A stretch of DNA of 64,000 bases from a virus, in IMG/VR virus record IMGVR_UViG_3300015263_001568, positions 1 through 64,000 of that record, one strand, 5' to 3'. Position 1 is the first letter of the stretch; every line of letters begins with the position of its first letter. Shown here piece by piece: positions 29,340-37,661 of the stretch. The translations under genes and the position numbers were made by a program. The notes under the pieces were generated by a model. It was not told the origin of the DNA. It did not search any database and saw nothing but the letters and a program-made list of their open reading frames with translations.

Positions 29340-30401
29340 CTAGTCATCCTCGTAGGGGTTGCTGAAGGAAACACCTAGTTCCTTTGCCGCCGCGTCGACG
29401 AACTTGAACGCGTGTGGCAAATACTCCTCCGGCAGACCAGCTTGCAGCAGTGTGTTGTCCAACCCGTCGAAAATGCCATGCACTCGGCGCGCATTCTGTG
29501 GAAGCGCTCGCGCCGGCATCTCTTCTCCAGGTTCAACATTCATCGGTAAAGGCATGGTGGACGTGGGCATCGCGTGGAGCTTCACAAAAGCTTCAGCCGC
29601 GCTAGGCCACACGTCAGGAACTTCATGTAGTTCAATCAGCTTGGTAGAACGTATTGGGACGTATTTCGGATTCGTTGGATCGGCGGTATCGACGACCAAA
29701 ACGCCTTTGTCGAGGTCTTCTCCAAATCTCGTTTGGTGCGGTGCGCCGCAGTACCACGCATTGGGCAAAATCGACTGCCGTTTATGGATGTCTCCAAGTG
29801 CCCAATAAGTAACGCCGTCGATCGGTTCCAAGTGCACTTGCGCATTCGACGTCACCATGAGCCCAGTATCCGTTTTGCTACCCACCACATTTTCATGCAG
29901 CACGACAATGATTGGCTCACGATGACGCTGCGCATACCGCACCATCGAGTGCACCATCAAGTAGACCTCTGCATCCTTCCACCCGTGACTGGGATCTCTA
30001 GCGGGAAACAGAAGCAGCTGACATCCATGCATCGACTTTATCAATGGCAAGCCGTCATGAATGAAATGCTTCCCCAAAATGTCGGTCATCCGGCTCAAGT
30101 AGCTAAGCGACGTATCCCCAATTTGACTTGAACGCACATCATGGTTCCCGCTGATCATCACGATGGGAACCGGCGACGACGCCAGCCAGTCCGTGAGGAC
30201 TTGTCGTTCTTGATGCAGGATGTCGCGGCGTTCCCAAATGTCACCAGCAACGATGGTAAAGTCGACGCGGTGCTTTCTAGCCGCCTTATGTATGCCCTCC
30301 AACGTCTGCACCATCCGACGCAAATACGCGGCCTGACTATGATCAGAGAACCGCCGCAGCGCATTGATGTGCAAATCGGACGTATGCAGAAACCTAGGCA
30401 T
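29340..30401 (-). CDS. sbcD: SbcD/Mre11-like metallophosphoesterase nuclease
   Basis: HTSDLH, AGD, GNHD and LGDIH motifs. Confidence 0.9.
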   Translation of the reverse strand: MPRFLHTSDLHINALRRFSDHSQAAYLRRMVQTLEGIHKAARKHRVDFTIVAGDIWERRDILHQERQVLTDWLASSPVPIVMISGNHDVRSSQIGDTSLSYLSRMTDILGKHFIHDGLPLIKSMHGCQLLLFPARDPSHGWKDAEVYLMVHSMVRYAQRHREPIIVVLHENVVGSKTDTGLMVTSNAQVHLEPIDGVTYWALGDIHKRQSILPNAWYCGAPHQTRFGEDLDKGVLVVDTADPTNPKYVPIRSTKLIELHEVPDVWPSAAEAFVKLHAMPTSTMPLPMNVEPGEEMPARALPQNARRVHGIFDGLDNTLLQAGLPEEYLPHAFKFVDAAAKELGVSFSNPYEDD

Positions 30402-30775
30402 CAGAGGTCGTGCGGCCGAGCCGTCTTGCGCGCATTCTCCTGCACGCGCTTTACAGCCTTCAGCATCATGCCATAGACTTCGTGGGCAAGAGCGCTGGTA
30501 AGCTTGGGATCGATGCGCACGTCGTGGTACTTGAAGTATTCCTTGATTTTAGAAGCGGTCAGGATCTTGACGCCCATCTCCTTAACGGCCTTCTGGTGCG
30601 CCTCCAACCGAGCGCGCTTGTCATTGCTCTGAGCCGACCCATCAGCACCCTTCTTGGACTTCTTTTTCTTCTTTGCCACAGGAGCATCACCCTCGGTCTT
30701 TGCCTTCTTCTTTTTCTTCTTCGCTGTGGTGGCGTCGCCGTCGGTGATGGTCTTCTTAGTCTTCTTTTTCTTCAT
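30401..30775 (-). CDS. Histone-fold protein (bacterial short-alpha3 type) with K-rich N-tail, from an internal start
   Basis: AAGGAG 8 nt before ATG 30775. Core ILTASKIKEYFK..VRID..SALAHEV..MMLKAVKRVQENARKTARPHDL carries the RKTxxxxD histone signature. Confidence 0.8.
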   Translation of the reverse strand: MKKKKTKKTITDGDATTAKKKKKKAKTEGDAPVAKKKKKSKKGADGSAQSNDKRARLEAHQKAVKEMGVKILTASKIKEYFKYHDVRIDPKLTSALAHEVYGMMLKAVKRVQENARKTARPHDL

Positions 30776-31318
30776 TGAGTCGGCTCCTTGTCCATGCCGT
30801 TTATGATGACATGGTATGCAGAGTGTGCGCATGTTAGCGAGGTCACATTGTCCTCCACCTTGATGCACAGGAATGATGTGGTCGGCATCCCAATAGCCCC
30901 GAGATTTTCGTGCCCCACGCGGTGCTCCCAAGATACGCTGCCAATGCATGGCATCGATAGTGCGCTCGGCAGACACAGTGTCGAGACCGCATTCTGCGCA
31001 TATACCACGGTCGCGAGAGTAGACTTGTCTGCGTAGATATCTCGGATCGCTACGGAGTTTGAACTCTTCCACACAATGGTCTGAGCAAAACGTGCGGCGC
31101 CCTTTCGGCACCTCGATTTTGCAGTAGCGGCAGAGGCTGCGGCCGTTCGCACCTTTGGGCAATAGCTGCGGGTAGCGAACACGTCCGCGGAACGCGCCAC
31201 TACGCATAGTGCCGTCTGCCTCAAAGTACATTTTCGTGTACTGTGCACGTAGTTGCTCAACCTCTGTGTCAGACAGCGCACTTAAAGGCCGACGGCGTCT
31301 TCGATGGCGTTTTCTCAT
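30401..31318 (-). CDS. HNH endonuclease fused in frame to a lysine-tailed histone fold
   Basis: RDRGICAECG, DADHIIP and NMRTLCIPCH HNH motifs; no stop before MKKKK...RKTARPHDL. Confidence 0.8.
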   Translation of the reverse strand: MRKRHRRRRRPLSALSDTEVEQLRAQYTKMYFEADGTMRSGAFRGRVRYPQLLPKGANGRSLCRYCKIEVPKGRRTFCSDHCVEEFKLRSDPRYLRRQVYSRDRGICAECGLDTVSAERTIDAMHWQRILGAPRGARKSRGYWDADHIIPVHQGGGQCDLANMRTLCIPCHHKRHGQGADSMKKKKTKKTITDGDATTAKKKKKKAKTEGDAPVAKKKKKSKKGADGSAQSNDKRARLEAHQKAVKEMGVKILTASKIKEYFKYHDVRIDPKLTSALAHEVYGMMLKAVKRVQENARKTARPHDL

Positions 31319-31729
31319 CGGCTAGTATTTGCTGCGCATAGCGACCTGGAAACGTTACAGGATTTATCTTTCGCAACATGGTCAAAATCGCTTTGGATGG
31401 CTTTACCCAACCTAACGCCAGTGCTGACAGCGCAATTGTTTGCAGGTTCTCGTCATTCAGGCATTCACGAAGAATGATCTGCTGCTGCCGCATGTCGGAA
31501 ACAAGCACGCCAAGATACACTTCCAAGGCTTGTCCACGCAGCAGAAAGTCCAGATTAGTATCTCGGATGAGGGCACGTATTTGGCGTCCGGTTCCTTTGT
31601 CATCCGAAATGATGGCGTCTTCTAGCTGCGCCAGTGCGCTTTATACTCTCGTGGTCGATCCTCCAAGAGCAAGTAGCGAACTTGTTCCAATACTGATTCC
31701 GGTGGTGATGTTGCATTAACTGGTAGCAT
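31269..31729 (-). pseudogene. Frameshifted hypothetical gene
   Basis: A 35-aa ORF from ATG 31729 (TAATG coupling) is joined by a -1 shift near 31640 to the frame ending at 31269. Confidence 0.5.
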
Positions 31730-32697
31730 TAAGACCTATGCAAAATAGCTCCTACTGGAAGCTTGGTGCTCTTCCAGCCTCGGTGCTTTTGTAGTTCCTC
31801 AACGTAGACTACCGCGGCCCCCTGTAGGCCACCGAGCTGCTGGAGCACCGCAGCAGCACGATCACGCGATGGTCGTGCCCAGAATACCGTATTCGAGCCG
31901 TCGTAGAAACTCGTGACTTTTTCAATGGGCGAATGGTCGATTTGCATCGTGAGCAGCCGCCCATGTACATCGCCCAAGCGACTATCGATCAAGTCAAGCT
32001 GCTGGTAGAAAGCTGCTGCTTGACGCCGATCAAACGCCTCTTCTGGATGCCGAGGTTGCAGCAAGCCTGTACGTCGCCGGAGACCGGCTACAAGCTGTCG
32101 CCGTGCTTCCAGGTAGAAGGCCCATATGGTTGCCGACAAAGGCTTCCTATGGGCCTCTACAGGCGTCCAGGTAGCAAGCCAGACATCCTGCGCAGCGACC
32201 GGCATCAGCCGACTCAGGGCAAACAAGCGCTGCCGTTCAACGCCCGTGCGCAGTGCATGAAAGAGGCCGAAGGCTAAACTATTGATATCATTGAAAACTT
32301 CAATGGACGAAGGCGGAAACCCAAGCCAAGGCGGACTGCCGTTACCGAGAAGGTCTACGCGCGTGCGAAATGCCTTCCAAAATGGCTCGACCACTTCTTC
32401 GACCGCACCTTTCGTGGTGAGCCACTTTGACACACTTTCTGCCCAACGAGTAGCCTTTGCCGCAGCGAGCACGAGGACGTTTCGCTGGGCATCCTGTAAA
32501 CGCTGTAGGAAGCTCTTGAGGTCACTCAAGGGTTTCGCTACCTGCCAGGTACCACTGGGGCCTTCCTTGGCGCCTCGTGGCGTCCAGGAGGCATCCCAAG
32601 ACTGTGCTGCATGGATAGTGCAGTGTGGCCCGCCGTTGCGCTTGCCGTGGATGACGCACACAGTGTCCGCAAGGCTATTCGTCATCGTCATCGGCAT
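31729..32697 (-). CDS. Hypothetical protein
   Basis: 322 aa, coupled to recA. Confidence 0.65.
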   Translation of the reverse strand: MPMTMTNSLADTVCVIHGKRNGGPHCTIHAAQSWDASWTPRGAKEGPSGTWQVAKPLSDLKSFLQRLQDAQRNVLVLAAAKATRWAESVSKWLTTKGAVEEVVEPFWKAFRTRVDLLGNGSPPWLGFPPSSIEVFNDINSLAFGLFHALRTGVERQRLFALSRLMPVAAQDVWLATWTPVEAHRKPLSATIWAFYLEARRQLVAGLRRRTGLLQPRHPEEAFDRRQAAAFYQQLDLIDSRLGDVHGRLLTMQIDHSPIEKVTSFYDGSNTVFWARPSRDRAAAVLQQLGGLQGAAVVYVEELQKHRGWKSTKLPVGAILHRS

Positions 32698-33964
32698 AAT
32701 AGCGGGACCGCGGAGCTGCGTCTGTCTTCGATTTGGTCTTCTTGGCTTTCTTTGATTTTTTGGTAACAGCTGTCGTTTCTATGACAATTGGAGTCTTCGT
32801 ACGCGGCTTCTTGGTGGTAGCCGTCGCAACCACATCCTCTCCATAGTCCTTGTCGAAGTTGTACGTACGATTACCAGAAATCTCAAAAAAGCGGTCGTAG
32901 TTTTCAGGCTGCTGCAACATCAGAAAGAACTTCTGTCGATTGCGCGGACTGTAGCTCATCTTACGAAACGATGGCAGGTCCCACTTCTTGTTATCGAGGC
33001 CCTTGAGGTTGATCGAACGCCTTCCAGCCGCCGTCTTCAAAAATCCCAAGGCTGCCAAGAATTGCTGCGTGTCGTACGCCTTATCCACGCCATGGCCTGG
33101 GATGATCTGCAAATCAACGGTGAGCCAACTAGGAAAGCACTTGTTCTTTGTGGTGCGCACCGTCGCCGGAATAATTTGGACACCCATACTATCCCGGCTC
33201 TCTTTTCCAAGTGTCTTGTCACTGCGTCGACTTACGCGCAGCTTGTAGTCCGGATAAAATCGCAGCGCTTTTCCGCCAGTTTCTTGGTCAGGGGCACCAT
33301 AGGCACCAATGTTGCTCCGCACTTGATTTGTGCCGACCAACACGCCGCCTTTTTTGCGCAGGCGTACCTTAATTTGCTTCAGGTACTGACTATGCATCCT
33401 AGGCTCCGGTGTGATGCCACCACCCGTGCCTGTTTCCTCATCCACGTTTTCACTGCTCAATGCCGCAAAACTGTCGACAAAAAATGCGATAGTTGGAGGA
33501 CCCGACGTCACATCCGGCATCCGATTAAGCGTGCGCATGATGAGGCGATATGTGTCTTCTCCCGTGTCAGGCTGTGCGTAGTAAAAAGACGCGTACTTCT
33601 GCTTACCAACGCTTAGCTTGTGCTCAATCCGTAGTCCTTGCCGCTGCATGAACACAGGATCGGCACCAGTTTCTGGATCGAGGAACACTACAGGAATGCC
33701 TTGTAGCTGTGCCGACACGGCAATTTCTTGTAGTAAGGTAGATTTACCAACGTGTTCTCCGCCAAAGATGGTGCAGAACCGACCACGCTGAAGTCCGCCA
33801 CCGAAAATCAAATCCAGCGATAGGACACCTGTAGAAAGGCAGTCGAGGACACGCTGACCTTTCATCAGATTGATTGGGTCTAATCCATCAATGGAGGCAA
33901 ACGCTTCGGCAACAGCCTGAGAAGGATGTACCAGGTTGTATTCGCGCTTTTTCTTTTTCGCCAT
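32675..33964 (-). CDS. recA: RecA/UvsX recombinase
   Basis: STGVLSLDLIFGGG, Walker A GGEHVGKST, QPDTGE, VDS, NQVR, GGKALRFY and KNK motifs. Confidence 0.95.
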   Translation of the reverse strand: MAKKKKREYNLVHPSQAVAEAFASIDGLDPINLMKGQRVLDCLSTGVLSLDLIFGGGLQRGRFCTIFGGEHVGKSTLLQEIAVSAQLQGIPVVFLDPETGADPVFMQRQGLRIEHKLSVGKQKYASFYYAQPDTGEDTYRLIMRTLNRMPDVTSGPPTIAFFVDSFAALSSENVDEETGTGGGITPEPRMHSQYLKQIKVRLRKKGGVLVGTNQVRSNIGAYGAPDQETGGKALRFYPDYKLRVSRRSDKTLGKESRDSMGVQIIPATVRTTKNKCFPSWLTVDLQIIPGHGVDKAYDTQQFLAALGFLKTAAGRRSINLKGLDNKKWDLPSFRKMSYSPRNRQKFFLMLQQPENYDRFFEISGNRTYNFDKDYGEDVVATATTKKPRTKTPIVIETTAVTKKSKKAKKTKSKTDAAPRSRYYADDDDE

Positions 33965-34348
33965 TTAGTACATCAACGGAGTGAAGATGCTGGATAGCAC
34001 GGAGTAGTTAGCCAACCCGTGATGCCGGGCTGCTTCCACTCCTCCAACACGAACACGGATTTGAGGCAGCATCGCGACGCCTAGCTCGGTGGCGCCTTCA
34101 AGTGCTTGGGTGATGACGATGGGAGCGCGAAATTCGTGCCGCTCCACAAAATGGGCGATAACGCGTTTAGCCTTCTCACTTAGAAAGTCGTCTCCGAGCA
34201 GTACGATCCCCAAGTCTGGAAATACCCTTGTAAGGCTAACCACGGCTTGCCACGGTACAGGAAGCAACCGTCCAAAGTAATAACGAATATCGGCTCTAAT
34301 GTAGTCCATTACCGTGACAAGTACAGACAAGCCGGAAGCCATAGGCAA
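33965..34348 (-). CDS. Thioredoxin-fold-like protein lacking CxxC
   Basis: ATELGVAMLPQIRVRVGGVEAARHHG resembles the Trx C-terminal cis-Pro motif; the protein has no Cys. Confidence 0.4.
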   Translation of the reverse strand: MPMASGLSVLVTVMDYIRADIRYYFGRLLPVPWQAVVSLTRVFPDLGIVLLGDDFLSEKAKRVIAHFVERHEFRAPIVITQALEGATELGVAMLPQIRVRVGGVEAARHHGLANYSVLSSIFTPLMY

Positions 34349-34397
34349 CGTCTACATTTCACTTCAGCTAGATGCTGCCCATAGCACGCCGGTGCCG

Positions 34398-36146
34398 TTA
34401 CCGCCCGCGACCTTTTCCCGAGCGCTTCTTTGCCGGTGGCTCGTCGTCCTCATCCTCCTCATCCTCGTCGTCCTCGTCCTCATCGTCTAGATCGTCGTCG
34501 TAGTCCTCATCCTCCTCATCCTCGTCGTCTAGATCGTCGTCGTCATCCTCGTCCTCGTCGTCCTCATCCTCGTCGTCCTCGTCGTCCTCATCCTCGTCGT
34601 CGTCCTCGTCGTCCTCATCCTCGTCGTCTAGATCGTCGTCGTCCTCGTCGTCCTCATCCTCATCCTCGTCGTCCTCGTCGTCCTCGTCCTCGTCGTCCTC
34701 ATCCTCGTCGTCTAGATCGTCGTCGTCCTCGTCGTCCTCGTCCTCGTCGTCTTCGTCCTCGTCGTCCCCATCCTCGTCGTCCTCGTCCTCGTCCTCGTCG
34801 TCTTCGTCCTCGTCGTCCCCATCCTCGTCGTCCTCGTCCTCGTCCTCGTCGTCCTCGTCCTCGTCGTCCTCGTCCCACTCTTCGTCGTCATCTTGTACAA
34901 AGCTACGCCCACTGGGTGGCGTCTCCGCCTCGTCTTCGTCGTCGTCATCATCATCTAGATCAGGCTTGGATGGCTTGGCCTTTTTAGCCGGCTTCTTTGC
35001 CGACTTTTTCGCGCTGCTCTTCTTTGCAGGCTTGGCATCTTCTTCATCCTCGTCCTCATCATCTAGGTCAGGCTTGGACTTTTTCGCGCTGTTCTTCTTT
35101 GCAGGCTTGGCGTCCTCATCAGCGCCCTTTTTACCTTTCTTACCCCAGCCCTTCCAGTCATCACCAGCGTCGTCATCGTCATCATCCGACTTCGATTTGG
35201 ACTTCTTCGGCTTCTCAGCCTTCACCTTGCCGGCCTTCTTGCTCTTGTCCTTGACCTTGGACTTTTTCTTATCCTTGTCTTTTGTCTTGGCGGCCTTCTT
35301 ACCCTTGGACTTCTTCGGAGTCTCTTCCTCTTCGGCATCGTCATCAGTCTCGTACTCGAAGTCGTCATCAGTGACTTTGGATTTCTTCTTGGAACTACTG
35401 CTTGTGCTCTTCACTGCGCTTCTCCCAGTTGTTTTTTCCAGTAGAGTGTAGAGACCCACCCGTTCTAGATCAATGCGTGTAGTGGCGCCGTCTTGCAGAC
35501 CGGCATTCCACATGCTCAAAAAGTCCTGTTCTCCTCCCTCGTACACGCGCTTGCCAACTTTGATTTGATAAATGTCATCGAGTTGCTTAATGGGTAGCCG
35601 GTCACCCTTTACGAACGCATCCTTTTCCTTAGAGTCCTTAGCGTCCTTATTGTGCGTCCAGTACACGGACACACCATACTTCGGATGTACGATGGTGCCC
35701 TCACCGCCCCTAATGGTCTTGCTGATATTTAGCAAGTCGGTGTACCCATACTTGTTCAACTGCATCGCCCCAGTACCGTTTTGCACATTGCCCTGCTCCA
35801 ATGCAGTAATGTTGAAACTATGTGCGATGTAGCGCCGTTGTGGGTAAAAGAGAAGTTCTTCTGGCAGATCGTCACCGGTGAAGTCAGCGCACAAAGGGCA
35901 ATCGCACTTGTTCGCCGGAAGGGTGCTATCGTTCACTGGATCGAAGTTCGAGCAAAGCTGCGGGAACGTCTTTACTTCACCCTTCTTGTTTATAAACCTG
36001 ATCCAGTGCCACACGAGCACAAAAATGTGTCCGTAAAGCCTATGGATGTGTTGTCGACCGCCAGCTGGCGGTTCGTGATAATGCGCCTTGCCGTCCCACC
36101 GTTCACGCTTGTTGCTCGTACGTGGCGGATTATTCCAATCGTGCAT
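34398..36146 (-). CDS. gp32-like single-stranded DNA-binding protein with K-rich linker and about 150-aa D/E tail
   Basis: HWIRF..QLC..CDCPLC..RRYI Zn-SSB pattern; GAGGAG RBS; position upstream of recA. Confidence 0.7.
   Translation of the reverse strand: MHDWNNPPRTSNKRERWDGKAHYHEPPAGGRQHIHRLYGHIFVLVWHWIRFINKKGEVKTFPQLCSNFDPVNDSTLPANKCDCPLCADFTGDDLPEELLFYPQRRYIAHSFNITALEQGNVQNGTGAMQLNKYGYTDLLNISKTIRGGEGTIVHPKYGVSVYWTHNKDAKDSKEKDAFVKGDRLPIKQLDDIYQIKVGKRVYEGGEQDFLSMWNAGLQDGATTRIDLERVGLYTLLEKTTGRSAVKSTSSSSKKKSKVTDDDFEYETDDDAEEEETPKKSKGKKAAKTKDKDKKKSKVKDKSKKAGKVKAEKPKKSKSKSDDDDDDAGDDWKGWGKKGKKGADEDAKPAKKNSAKKSKPDLDDEDEDEEDAKPAKKSSAKKSAKKPAKKAKPSKPDLDDDDDDEDEAETPPSGRSFVQDDDEEWDEDDEDEDDEDEDEDDEDGDDEDEDDEDEDEDDEDGDDEDEDDEDEDDEDDDDLDDEDEDDEDEDDEDDEDEDEDDEDDDDLDDEDEDDEDDDEDEDDEDDEDEDDEDEDDDDDLDDEDEEDEDYDDDLDDEDEDDEDEEDEDDEPPAKKRSGKGRGR
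34440..34895 (-). repeat. Low-complexity GAC/GAG/GAT coding repeat (D/E tract)
   Basis: tcg/tcc/tca triplets with a recurring tctagatcgtcgtcg unit (DDDLDDEDE). Confidence 0.9.
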
Positions 36147-36217
36147 GCTTTCTCCTCGACAGGTTGGTGACGTTAACGTGAAAGCTATTATCGTAGTTCG
36201 CTGCGAAAAGCAAGAAG

Positions 36218-37594
36218 TTACGTAAGTAGCGGGATTCCCTCGGAAGGTTTACCAGGTGTTGTGTCTCGCATGCTACGGTGCAACTGCGCTGCTTTGGCCA
36301 ATTGGCGTAAGCGCTCTTTCAATCCTTCGGTAAGGTTGAGCCCTTCGTTCAGTACGCCTTCGATGTAGCCATACTTGAGGCAAACGAGGCGCCGCTCATC
36401 GGGTTCTAGGTGGTCCAGGATAGCCTCAATCGATTCCCGCATGTAGCCCAGCTCTTCTTCGTCCTCCCCATCTTCACCTGTTTGCAGATAATCGTAGCCA
36501 GACTCGCCATCGGGTGTCACGGTGCTCAACGGGACTACTTTAGCTTGCTGCACCTTTTGTCGTACGCTGACGATGGTCTTTGTAGACAAGCCACTCAGCT
36601 CGGAGACATCTTCATCGGTATACGTGTCTCGCGTTGCAGCGACAGCTTGCAGACGCCGTTCAGCAGCACGTATTTTCTGCCAGTTTTCCAGTACAGAATT
36701 CGGTAACCGGATGATGGGGCTGAAGTGCTTACGGCTCTTCATGATGCGTTCGCGGATCCAAGTTTGCGCGAATGTTGGGAAGCTTGCTCCCTTGCGCACG
36801 TTAAACCGGGACACCGCTGTAGCCAGCCCCATGCTTCCAGCCTGGAAAAAGTCGAGCGCTTCGATTTCGCTTTCTGCGGCGCTGCGGGCTAGTTTTGGTA
36901 CGAGGCGCATGTACGCCTTGATAATCCGCTCTTGGCGCTTGCGGACTTTTTCCATCAAGCTCCGAATGATGCGATATGTCCCATACAGCTCATTCGGAAG
37001 CACGCACCCAACCGACATCTCGAACATTTGAACGTCGTCGATGAGATCACCGATACGGCGCATGTCTTCAATCAATGGTTTTCGTCGGCGGTCACGGCGA
37101 ATGCGCAATGTCAGCACAGCCAACGCATCACGCGCTTCCATGTAGCCTTTGGCTTCTTTGAGGAAGGACAACAGGATATTTTCGTAAAGGCTGGTGCTGA
37201 GGCGCAAACTGCGGAGGATTTTCTTGACGAGTGGTACCGCTACTTCGCGCTCGGTTTTGCTGAGTTTGAACAGGTCGAAGCCGATGCCAAAAATGCGGGA
37301 GTTCGTTGACCCGATTTCGATGTCTTGCCCGACGTCTATTTTTCGGCGCGAGATGCTACCGCGGTAGACTTTTCGATTTTTTATGTGGCCGCAGGCAATC
37401 TCTGACAAGAGGTAACAGAGGTTGTCCTCGACATAGGTAGTGGTTTGCAACAGGACGTGAATCCCGTAGCTCATAAGTTCTTCAATTTCCAAGAAAACCT
37501 TTGTAAGTGCATCCCGCTCCAACGGAGGGTACTGTAGGGTTCTCTTTACCAGGGCATTGAAGGTGTCGTAGGTTTCGCTTGTCTGTCGTGCCAT
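36218..37594 (-). CDS. Sigma-70 family RNA polymerase sigma factor
   Basis: Region 2 YMRLVPKLAR..DFFQAGSMGLATAVSRFN..GASFPTFAQTWIR, IIRLP, region 3 HTH and region 4.1 LEPDERRLVCLKYG. Confidence 0.9.
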   Translation of the reverse strand: MARQTSETYDTFNALVKRTLQYPPLERDALTKVFLEIEELMSYGIHVLLQTTTYVEDNLCYLLSEIACGHIKNRKVYRGSISRRKIDVGQDIEIGSTNSRIFGIGFDLFKLSKTEREVAVPLVKKILRSLRLSTSLYENILLSFLKEAKGYMEARDALAVLTLRIRRDRRRKPLIEDMRRIGDLIDDVQMFEMSVGCVLPNELYGTYRIIRSLMEKVRKRQERIIKAYMRLVPKLARSAAESEIEALDFFQAGSMGLATAVSRFNVRKGASFPTFAQTWIRERIMKSRKHFSPIIRLPNSVLENWQKIRAAERRLQAVAATRDTYTDEDVSELSGLSTKTIVSVRQKVQQAKVVPLSTVTPDGESGYDYLQTGEDGEDEEELGYMRESIEAILDHLEPDERRLVCLKYGYIEGVLNEGLNLTEGLKERLRQLAKAAQLHRSMRDTTPGKPSEGIPLLT

Positions 37595-37661
37595 TTACAT
37601 CAGGATGCGTTAAACTGTAGTACACAGCTTGGCCACACAGGGCCAGTCCAAAGGAAGACAA

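Noticed and set aside
34430-34987. Arg/Pro-rich or Ser-rich ORFs and CRISPR-like periodicity (also 23198-23868 and 20208-20674)
   Set aside because: These are shadow frames of the D/E and AT-hook coding repeats; there are no unique spacers.
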